In this document: one piece after another, positions 12,145 to 22,221 of the stretch | How positions within the stretch are numbered: position 1 is the first letter of the stretch | Layout: the number at the start of each line of letters is the position of its first letter | From: Raja brachyura | Lineage: Eukaryota | Direction: 5' to 3' | DNA length: 64,000 nt | Assembly: GCA_963514005.1 (NCBI GenBank) | Contig: OY740814.1 | Coordinates: forward strand, 6,696,001-6,760,000 | Notes under the pieces: generated by a model | Told to the model about the DNA's origin: nothing | The model's input: only the letters and a program-made list of their open reading frames with translations | Databases searched by the model: none | Program-made: the position numbers and the translations under genes

Positions 12145-12450
12145 ATAGGTTGGGGGGAGGGATAGCTAGGAGATGGTGTCTGAGGCAGGAGGCAGAGAAG
12201 GGAAGCACTCAGACCCAACATGTACGGGGGGGAAGAAGAAAAAAATAATAAACAGAGAATAAGAGGCGGTGGGTGTCTTAAAGGTGTGAGCAGAGAGAAA
12301 GAGGGGTATGAAATAACAATAGAAGCAAGTGGTAGCAAGGTGAAAATTAATAGTGGCTGGCAGACAAATACAGGAAAAAAATCAAAAGGGGCCACTTGTT
12401 AACATAATTGTATAAAGGGTCAAAGTGTTGTAAAAACAAGCCTGAAGGCT

Positions 12451-15225
12451 TTGTGTCTCAATGCGAGGAGCATTCGTAATAAGGTGGATGAGTTGAAGGT
12501 GCAGAGAGCTATTAATGACTATGCTATAGTTGGGATCACGGAGACATGGCTCCAGGGTGACCAAGGCTGGGAGCTGAACATCCAGGGATATACAATATTC
12601 AGGAGGGATAGATGGAAAGGAAAAGGAGGTGGGGTAGCGTTGCTGGTGAGAGAGGAGATTAATGCAATAGAAAGGAAGGACATTAGCATGCAGGATGTGG
12701 AATCGATATGGGTTGAGCTGCGAAACTCTAAGGGGCAGAAAACGCTAGTGGTAGTTGTGTACAGGCCACCTAACAGTAGTATTGGAGTTGGGGATGGCAT
12801 CAAACAGGAAATTAGAAATGTGTGCAACAAGGGTAACACAGTTATAATGGGTGACTTCAATCTGCATATAGATTGGGTGAATCAAATTGGCAGGGGTGCC
12901 GAGGAAGACGATTTCTTGGAATGTATGCGGGATAGTTTTCTCAACCAACATGTGGAGGAACCAACGAGACAGCAGGCTATTCTAGACTGGGTATTGAGTA
13001 ATGAGGAGGGGTTAGTTAGCAGTCTTGTTGTGTGTGGCCCCTTGGGCAAGAGTGACCATAATATGATTGAGTTCTTCATTAGGATGGAAAGTGACATAAT
13101 TAAGTCAGAAACAAGGGTTCTGAACTTAAACAAAGGTAACTTTGAAGGTATGAGCTGTGAATTGGCCAAGATAGACTGGCAGGTGAGTCTTAAAGGGTTG
13201 ACAGTGGATGTGCAATGGAAGGTATTTAAAGACTGCATGGATGAAGTACAAAAATTGTTCATACCAGTTTGGCAAAAGAATAAATCAGGGAAGGTGGTGC
13301 ATCCATGGATAACGAGGGAAATCAGGGATAGTATAAAAACTAAAGATGAGGCATACAAATTGGCCAAAAAAAGCAGACTACCAGAGGACTGGGAGAAATT
13401 CAGAATCCAGCAGAGGAGGACAAAGGGCTTAATTAGGAAAGGGAAAATAGATTACGAAAGGAAACTGGCAGGGAACATAAAAACTGACTGCAAAAGGTTT
13501 CATAGATATGTGAAGAGAAAGAGACTAGTTAGAACAAATGTTGGTCCCTTGCAGTCAGAAACAGGTGACTTGATCATGGGGAACAAGGACATGGCAGACC
13601 AATTGAATAACTACTTTGGTTCTGTCTTCACTAAGGAAGACATAAATAAGCTGCCGGAAATAGCAGTGGACAGGAGGTCAAATAAGATGGCGGAACTGAG
13701 TGAAATCCAGGTTAGCCGAGAAGTGGTGTTGGGTAAATTGAACGGATTAAAGGCCGATAAATCCCCAGGGCCAGATGGTCTGCATCCCAGAGTGCTCAAG
13801 GAGGTAGCCACGGAAATAGTGAATGCATTAGTGATAATTTTTCAAAGCTCCTTAGATTCTGGAGTAGTTCCTGAGGATTGGAGGGTAGCTAATGTAACCC
13901 CACTTTTTAAAAAAGGAGGGAGAGGGAAAGCGGGGAATTACAGACCAGTTAGTCTAACATCGGTAGTGGGGAAAATGCTAGAGTCAGTTATTAAAGATGG
14001 GATAGCAGCGCATTTGGAAAGTGGTGAAATCATAGGACAAAGTCAGCATGGATTTACAAAAGGTAAATCATGTCTGACAAATCTTATAGAATTTTTCGAG
14101 GATGTAACTAGTAGAGTGGATAAGGGAGAACCAGTGGATGTGTTGTATCTGGACTTTCAGAAGGCTTTCGACAAGGTCCCACATAAGAGATTAGTATATA
14201 AACTTAAAGCACACGGTATTGGTGGTTCAATATTGATGTGGATAGAGAACTGGCTAGCAGACAGGAAGCAAAGGGTAGGAGTAAACGGGGTCCTTTTCAG
14301 AATGGCAGGCAGTGAGTAATGGGGTACCGCAAGGCTCAGTGCTGGGACCCCAGCTATTTACAATATACATTAATGATTTGGACGAGGGAATTGAATGCAA
14401 CATCTCCAAATTTGCAGATGACACCAAGCTGGGGGGTATAGTTACGTGTGAGGTGGATGCTAGGAGGCTGCAGGGTGATTTGGATAGGCTGAGTGAATGG
14501 GCAGATGCATGGCAGATGCAGTATTATGTGTATAAATGAGAGGTTATCCACTTTGGTGGCAAAAACATGAGGGTAGACTATTATCTGAATGGTGGCAGAT
14601 TAGGAAAAGGGGAGATGCAACGAGACCTGGGTGTCATGGTACACCAGTCATTGAAAGTAGGCATGCAGGCAGTGAAGAAAGCAAATGGTATATTAACATT
14701 CATAGCGAAAGGATTTGAATATAGAAGCAGGGAGGTTCTACTGCAGTTGTACAGGGTTTTGGTGAGACCACACCTGGAGTATTGCGTACAGTTTTGGTCT
14801 CCAAATCTGAGGAAAGAGGGGGTTCAGAGAAGGTTCACCAGACTGATTCCTGGGATGTCGGGACTTTCATATGAAGAAAGACTGGATAGACTCGGCTTGT
14901 ACTCACTGGAATTTAGAAGATTGAGGGGGGATTTATAGAAATTTACAAAATTCTTAAGGGGTTGGACAAGCTAGATGCAGGAAGATTGTTCCCGATGTTG
15001 GGGGAGTCCAGAACAAGGGGTCACAGTCCAAGGATAAGGGGGAGTTCCTTTAGGACCGAGATGAGGAAAAAATTCTTTACACAGAGAGTGGTGAGTCTCT
15101 GGAATTCTCTGCCACAGAAGGTAGTTGAGGCCAGTTCATTGGCTATATTCAAGAGGGAGTTGGATGTGGCTCTTGTGGCTAAAGGGATCAGGGGGTATGG
15201 AGAGAAGGCAGGTATGGGATACTGA
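12451..15225 (+). pseudogene. CR1 ORF2: APE endonuclease and reverse transcriptase (622-aa open 5' part, then frameshifts)
   Basis: LNARS, ITETW, VYRPP, MGDFN, SDH (APE); [31 protein letters not shown] (RT). Continues in ORFs 14312, 14567 and 14962. Confidence 0.95.
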
Positions 15226-15827
15226 GTTGGATGATCAGCCATGATCATATTAAATGGTGGTGCAGGCTCGAAGGGCCGATTGGCCTACTCCTGCACCTAT
15301 TTTTCTATGTTTCTATGATCCTGACTACATGTGCTGTCTTTACGGAGTTTGTACGATCCCCCTGTGACCTTGTGGGTTTTCTCTGGGTGCTCTGGTTTTG
15401 TCCCACATTCCAAGGATGTGCAAGTTTGTAAGCTTTGGTAAAATTGTACCTTGTCACAAGTTCATAAGTTATAGGAGCAGAATTTGGCTCATCAAGTCTA
15501 CGCCGTTATTCAAAGATGGCTGATCTATATGCCCCTCTCAACCCCATTCTCCTGCCTTCTCTCTATAACCTCTGACACCTGCACTAATGAAGAATCCATC
15601 AATTGTCCCTATTGTGTAAGATAGTTTTGGTGTATGGAGTAATCAGTGACTGGTGTGGACTCGGTGAGGGTCTGTTTCCATGCTGTACCTTTCCACCAGA
15701 TTAGTAAATGAGGATGAAGTTTCCCAATTATTACTGCTTGATGTAGATTATCTTTGTGCTAAAGAATAATACCGGAGCGTGGTCTGCGAGACATCTGTAT
15801 TTCTCAGCAGATTGCAAATTATTTCAG

Positions 15828-15875
15828 ATATCCCAATGAAAGTCTGCAGGCATAAAGCTTTCCTGACTGCAGGGA
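15828..15875 (+). other. Candidate 48-nt exon
   Basis: TATTTCAG acceptor and GGA|GTAAGT donor; open in phase 1. Confidence 0.2.
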
Positions 15876-16189
15876 GTAAGTAATTGGGTGCAATGCAACA
15901 CAGTTATTTCCCACTGCAAATTGTGCTCTGCTGTTTCCAATAATAAATCAGAACCACAAAATAACATGGCCACAAGAGTCATACAGAGCTTGCCAGAAGC
16001 CCCGTGGTGTTCAAAAGACTTGCTCCACGAGCAGATCTTTAGAAAATATCTTGAATTGGCAATGAACTGATCTGAAAGTGGGAGCCAGCTGCTTTGAAGG
16101 GAAATGCTGAGAGAGTATGGTAGCATCTGATAAATCTATATTGCCTGGTTAAATAATTGAAGGTTTAGAGGGCTCTGAGCCAAATGCAG

Positions 16190-16435
16190 GCAGCTTCTGT
16201 ACTCGACTTCCTGATGGATGAAAGGCAGCACACCAAAAACTGCCTTCAACACACTATCTACCTGCAACACCACTTTAAGGCAACTATGAACTTGTTCTCC
16301 TAGATCCCTCTGCTCCACAGCATTCCCTAGAGGCCTGCTGTACATTGTGAAGGTCCTGCCCTGGTTCTGACTTCCCCTGAATGCAACACCTCACACTTAT
16401 CTATATTAAACTCCATTAACCATTCCTTGTCCCAC
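16190..16435 (-). mobile_element. Old CR1 fragment
   Basis: LGNAVEQRDLG motif in ORF 16136-16345. Confidence 0.7.
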
Positions 16436-16789
16436 TATGGGGCCAAGGGGCCAGTTTCCCTGCCCCGTTTGGCTCTGTGACATTTTAAACGTGATAGTTT
16501 TTATCTCCGCCAGCAGCAGAGGTGTTAGGTTCTAACCCTCATCCATCTTGAGATGAAAATCTTTTTCTCTTAACCCTTCCACTAATTAAGTTAAATCCAT
16601 GCTCCCTCATTATTGACCTCCTTAATGGATCTTTCCTCCTCTCTATCAAAGAGTGTCAATTTCAAAGACCCGTGTTAATTCTCCCCATGTCTCTGTTCCT
16701 AATAAATCAGTTCCAATCAAGCCAGTATTTCCATTGTAGCATAAATTCCTCAAGCTGGCCAACAACCTTGCAAACCTTTTTTTTTTAAA

Positions 16790-17365
16790 TACACAAAATG
16801 CCAATGTAACTCAGTGGGTCAGACAGTGTCTCCAGAGAGGGTACACAAAAGGCTGGAGAAACTCAGCGGGTGCAGCAGCATCTAAGGAGCGAAGGAGATA
16901 GGCAACATTTCGGGCCGAAACCCTTCTTCAGACCAGAGAATTTGGATGTTCTCCAAAGATGTTGCCCGACCCACTGAGTTTCTCCAGCATTCTCTTGTTT
17001 TTCTCGTAAACCAGCATCTGTAGTTCATTGTTTCTACATCTAACCTTGTAAATCTCTTTTAGTTCAGTTTATTTATTTTCTGGTCTATAAATATACAGCG
17101 AAATGTGTGCTCTGCATCCTATTGTGTTTAAGAAGGAACTGCAGATGCTGGAAAATCGAAGGTAGACAAAAGTGCTGGAGAAACTCAGCGAGTGCAGCAG
17201 CATCTATGGAGCGAAGGAAATGGGCAACGTTTCGGGCGGAAACCCTGAAGGAAATAGGCAACGTTTTGGGCCGAAACCCGGAAGGGTTTTGGGCCGAAAC
17301 GTTGCCTATTTCCTTCGCTCCATAGATGCTGCTGCACCCGCTGAGTTTCTCCAGCACTTTTGTCT
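16790..17365. repeat. Cluster of nested PLE terminal repeats, including a young hairpin at 17123-17365
   Basis: Near-perfect inverted halves, with TGCTCTGCAT(C/A)CTAT direct repeats flanking the second insertion. Confidence 0.8.
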
Positions 17366-17560
17366 GCTCTGCATACTATCCAGTTCAATCTTACTAGACA
17401 CGAGTACAATAGATCCTCTTATGGAACAGCAGGCAGAGAGTCGCCACGATCCATATTGCAATTTCCAAATATTTGTAAAGTCTGATCTTGCCCCAAGGAG
17501 ATGCTGGCATATTCTCCCGCTAGCATGGTGACCGGAAATGTACATAGTACTGCAGATTTA

Positions 17561-17894
17561 TTTATTTTAAGCAATGCATGTTGCCAATGTTATAACAGTT
17601 TTTCAAATACACATTTGACTTGTTTCAAAAGTTATACAAATATTACAAAATGTTTTATATAAGCTTTTATTTTTTATTTTTTAGAAAGTAAAGAGGTGAA
17701 AGAATAGGTGTATAATCAATGAAGATTGTGATTAAATAATATTGATTATGATTATATTTAAAAAAAAAAAAATTTAAACCAAAAAATACCTAAACAATAA
17801 AAATAATAAAACTAAAAAATAATACAAGCAAACAATTATTATATAAAAAAACATTTGAAGTATACATCTTAACAATGAATGGAACAATTTCACT
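17561..17894 (-). mobile_element. AT-rich retroposed fragment with 16-bp TSD
   Basis: TAGTACTG(C/T)AGATTTA at 17545-17560 and 17895-17910; minus strand ends in AATAAA. Confidence 0.55.
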
Positions 17895-18120
17895 TAGTAC
17901 TGTAGATTTAGCTCGTTTACAAAGCCAAACTGTAGATGCTGGAAATAAAAGATGTCAAATTAATTAATAAGCCATTTGGATCTTCAAGCCTGCTTTAGCA
18001 TTTAGTAAGATCATGGCTGATCTGATCATAATCTCAGCTTCACATTTCAGTCCATGTGCAGCTCAGAACAAACATGTGGAAAAGTGCCCTTCGGCCCAAT
18101 GATCAGTCATGCACTAGTTC

Positions 18121-18480
18121 TAAGGGGTTGGACAGGCTAGATGCAGGAAGATTGTTCCCGATGTTGGAGAGGTCCAGGACAAGGGGTCACAGCTTAAGGA
18201 TAAGGGGGAAATCCTTTCAGACCGAGATGAGAAGGACTTTTTTCACACAGAGAGTGGTGGGTCTCTGGAACTCTCTGCCACAGAGGGTAGTTGAGGCCAG
18301 TTCATTGGCTATATTTAAGCGGGAGTTAGATGTGGCCCTTGTGACTAAGGGGATCAGAGGGTATGGAGAGAAGGCAGGTACGGGATACTGAGTTGGATGA
18401 TCAACTATGATCATATTGAATGGCGGTGCAGGCTCGAAGGGCCGAATGGCCTACTCCTGCACCTAATTTCTATGTTTCTA
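18121..18480 (+). mobile_element. Young truncated CR1 inserted in a minus-strand HE1-like SINE (18070-18705)
   Basis: GLDRLDAGRLFPM...KAGTGY ORF and TTTCTATG tail; SINE sequence on both sides. Confidence 0.9.
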
Positions 18481-19007
18481 TATTATCCTACTTTAGTATT
18501 CTATGTACTCGGGGCAATTTACAGAAGCCAATTAACCTAAAACCAACACATCTTTGGAATGTGGGAGGAAGCCAGAGCACCCGGAGAAAACCCATGCGAT
18601 CACAGGGAAAATGTAAAAACTCTGTACAGACAGCACCCGTGGACGGGATCAAACCCGGGACCCTGGCGCTGTGAGGTAGCAACTCTGTTGTTGCACCACT
18701 GCTGCTCTAGTAACCTCTCATCCTCCAACTCATTAAGAATGTCTTTGCTTTACAAAAATTCAAGGCTCTGCTTTCACTGCCATTTGAGGAAAGAGTTTTA
18801 AAGCAATTCCCCTAGTTATCTCCAATTCGCTCCCCTCTCTGCAACCTAAAATGTTTCCTGGCGATGGTGCACGATGTGGACCTGAAATGTTCACTCCGTC
18901 ACTTTCCCCGCAGACATTGGCTGCGCTGCTCCATATTTCCAAAATGTACAGTTTTCTGTCCTCCTAATGCAACTTGTCAACCTGATTGTCGGTCAAATGA
19001 GATACTC

Positions 19008-19730
19008 GATAGAAAACATAGAAAATAGGTGCAGGAGTAGGCCATTCGGCCCTTTGAGCCAGCCTCTCCATTCAATATGATCATGGCTGATCATCCAAAA
19101 TCAGTACCCCGTTTCCGCGTTCTTCCCATATCCCTTGATTCCGTTAGCCCTGAGCTATATCTAATGGGCTTATCCCGCGTACGCAATTTTTTTCGGCGAC
19201 TTGCCAGCACCAGTCATAGTCGCAGCAGGTCTCCGAAAATTTTCAACATGTTCAAAATCCGGCTGCGACCAGAACAAGGTACGGCTCTTTGGGCAACTAC
19301 TCACAACCATACAGGCTTCTCCCCGCGACATGTCGCCAGGGTGTCGCCTGTATGGTCGTGAGATGTCTCTTAGTCACCCAAAGAGTCGTAGCATCTTTCT
19401 GGTTGCCTCTGTTGAAAATTTTCAGCGACCTATGACGGGTGCCGGCAGTCGCCGAAAGAGTCGCGTAAGTGGGACAGCCCCAATACCCTCTCTTGAAAAC
19501 ATCCAAATTGGCTTCCACTGCCTTCTGTGGCAGAGAATTCCACAGATTCACAACTCGCTGGGGAAAACGTTTTTCCTCATCTCAGTCCTAAATGGCCTAC
19601 TGCTTATTCTTAAACTGTGACCCCTGGTTCTGGACTCCCCCCAACCCTAGCAACATTTTTCCTGCATCTAGCCTGTCTAATCCCTTAAGAATTCTATGGT
19701 TCTATAAGATCCCCTCTCGTCCTTCTAAAT
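19008..19730 (-). mobile_element. Truncated CR1 interrupted by a MITE
   Basis: ATAGAAAACATAGAAAATAGGTGCAGG tail; CR1 sequence resumes after 19480. Confidence 0.85.
19166..19480. mobile_element. Fold-back MITE, probably PIF/Harbinger-type
   Basis: GGGCT..TCCC / GGGACAGCCC termini. Nearly the whole 315 bp is an imperfect palindrome centred near GCGACATGTCGC. Inserted next to TAA, but the TSD is not clean. Confidence 0.7.
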
Positions 19731-20479
19731 TACACTGAAAAGGCACAATAGCTTGAAAGTCGCTACCACAAAATTCAATAACTTCTTCTTTGCTGTTACA
19801 TATTACTGAATGGTCCTCTCATGTTAAGGGTGCATACCCAATTATCCAACCTACTTCAAGGTGGACGTGTCTCTATAACTGCAACACTATAATGTTGTTT
19901 GCTATATGTCTTTATACTTGCATATGATATGTTTGATCGGATAACACACAAACAAAAGTATTTCACTGTATCTTAATGCACATGACAACAATAAACCATT
20001 ATCTAGTGCTTTTTTGAGAGATGGTATTCACTAACATTGTGTATTTGCACATCAGCTTCAAAAATCAAGATTAAATGTCATTGTATAATTTTCCATTTGA
20101 TACACCTGTTCTTAAATTATGCATACTGGCACTTTTTTGTCCATCAGAAAAAAGCACTACCAGTACCAATCACCAAATGCTGATACATTGGTTGGCAGAA
20201 CACATCCATATGTTGGAGTGTGGAGAGATGATTTGGGGAGCTTTATTTTCTGTTCTATTAAGACATGGAATTTAAAAATATATAGAAAGGGACAGTATTC
20301 TATCAGGGCACATGGCATATTTAACCAATCTTTGCTCTCGTTAATGGTGTCTAAGTGAATTGTTGTTGCTGTTATTTTAATTTGGATTTTGTTGTAAATG
20401 TAACTCTGGCCCTCCACCTTCAACGCCTTGCAGAAACTGCAGACGTGGATTAGTGTGCGTATAGTCTAGGTGTTCGATG

Positions 20480-20625
20480 TGTAAGAAGGAACTGCAGATG
20501 CTGGTTCACACTGAATATGGACCCTGGCAGCATCTCTGAAGAAGGGTCTCAACCCAAAACGTCACCCATCCTCCTCTCCAGAGACGCTGCCTGTCCTGCT
20601 GCGTTATTCCAGCATCTTATGTCTA
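20480..20625. repeat. PLE repeat insertion with 15-bp TSD
   Basis: TCTAGGTGTTCGATG at 20465-20479 and 20626-20640. Confidence 0.85.
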
Positions 20626-20974
20626 TCTAGGTGTTCGATGCTTTGTGGAAGATCATATGGGCAGGAATGCTTGTCTGTCACAGTAGCTCACTCCCTTGAT
20701 GTTGCATTTAATATCATGGCAATTATTTATAAACGGGAGAGAGATATTTTTAGTGAGATTGATGTTTGAAGTAATGGAAGTGATTGAGTCGTGTGTGGAA
20801 TTATAGTACGGTGCAGCAACGATTATGAAGTTGCCAAATGTTAGGAGTACCTGTTCATTGTTATTGTTGGTCTTTGGATGGAGGCAAGACAATCAGCTAT
20901 TTACTGAAAGCAAATTCAATGCAGCAAAGGGGTGAGAAATCCAGCAGAACAAAAACTAATGCTCCATTAATGAG

Positions 20975-21145
20975 AGAGAAATCAATATTCATACCTCTGA
21001 GCTGTAAGCTGCCCAGCCGAAATACGAGTTGCTGTTCCTCCAATTTGCGTTTAGCCTCGCTCCAACAATGGAGGAGACTGAGGAGAGAAAGGTTTGTGTA
21101 GGGATGGGAAGCAGAATTAAAGTGTCCGGCAACCGGGAGATCCGG
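20975..21145 (-). pseudogene. Penelope-like GIY-YIG endonuclease C-terminal fragment
   Basis: My translation: PDLPVAGHFNSASHPYTNLSLLSLLHCWSEAKRKLEEQQLVFRLGSLQLRGMNIDFS. Confidence 0.8.
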
Positions 21146-21465
21146 TAGGTGTGATCTATTGTCATTCTCTTCAAGGTAACCGCATTGGCTCCACTGTGTC
21201 CTTCAACACATGGTCATGAGCAATGGACAATGTCAAGGTTTAGTTATGGGGAGCGTCTTGCAGTGGGAGACCACAACCCACCAAGTTTGGGGCTGATGCA
21301 AGATGCCCTCCAACATCTTGCACAATCATCCTTATTTCAGTTCAACTGATTCCCTCTCCTCAGGGACTGCGGCCATTTTTGCCATCACCAGAACATAAAA
21401 GGTTCACCTACAGCTTCCAACAACTCACCCGCATCAGGGAAATGGCAGAAATTGGTGCCGTTTCG

Positions 21466-21620
21466 GACAAGCTGCTTGGGTATATATTTATATAATGGTA
21501 TATGGACACACTGATCTGTTCTGTATTCATGCCTACTATGTTCTGTTGTGCTGAAGCAAAGCAAGAATTTCATTGTCCTATCAGGGACACATGACAATAA
21601 ACTCTCTTGATTCTTGAATC
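21466..21620 (+). mobile_element. Rex1/Babar 3' tail
   Basis: GGGACACATGACAATAAACTCTCTTGATTCTTGA; inverse of 22222-22350. Confidence 0.7.
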
Positions 21621-22221
21621 CCAAATCTGCAGCAACTTAAAACATGGGAGTCGGGCATGAAAATAAAGGTTCTTTGATGCCAGAGGAAGTAGTTGTGGCA
21701 GGTACAATAACAACATTTAGAAGATATTTTCAGGTACATGGATAGGAAAGACTGAGAGGGATATGGGCCAGGCCTGGGCAAATTGGGCCAGCTTAGATGG
21801 GTCGAAGGGTTTGTTTCTGTGCTGGGTGACTCAATGATTAATCATGACAGAAAACCTAAACGGAACAGCTATAAATAAATAAAGCAAGATTTTAATAGTG
21901 CGTGCCTTTTCACCTGTTGCTGGATGTCAACATCTTCAACAGCTTTGACTGTTTTTCATTTTGATTACTGACTAACTTGTTGCATGGAAGACCTAACTTT
22001 TATGTCCACAAGTGTTTTAATGTTTACAGGGAGCTCTTGGCACACAAGTGTGGAAAAGAATATCTGCTATAAAGCTAATTAGAGTGTATTATTTTAAATT
22101 CATTTCTGGCAACCATTGTTATGAATTGTAATGTCAGCTACAACCACAGGGTGGCAGCCAAGGGTTGAAAACCAAATCATTTCTTGAACAGACAAGAATC
22201 AAGAGTCTTGCACTGAAACTA

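Larger units (their letters stand above)
10956..15316 (+). mobile_element. Apparently full-length CR1 LINE (mutated)
   Basis: 5' UTR, ORF1, ORF2, 3' hairpin GAAGGGCCGA..GGCCT and (TTTCTATG)2 tail. Bounded by the two halves of a SINE. Confidence 0.95.

Noticed and set aside
12519-13811. Minus-strand ORFs of up to 161 aa
   Set aside because: Antisense shadows of CR1 ORF2.
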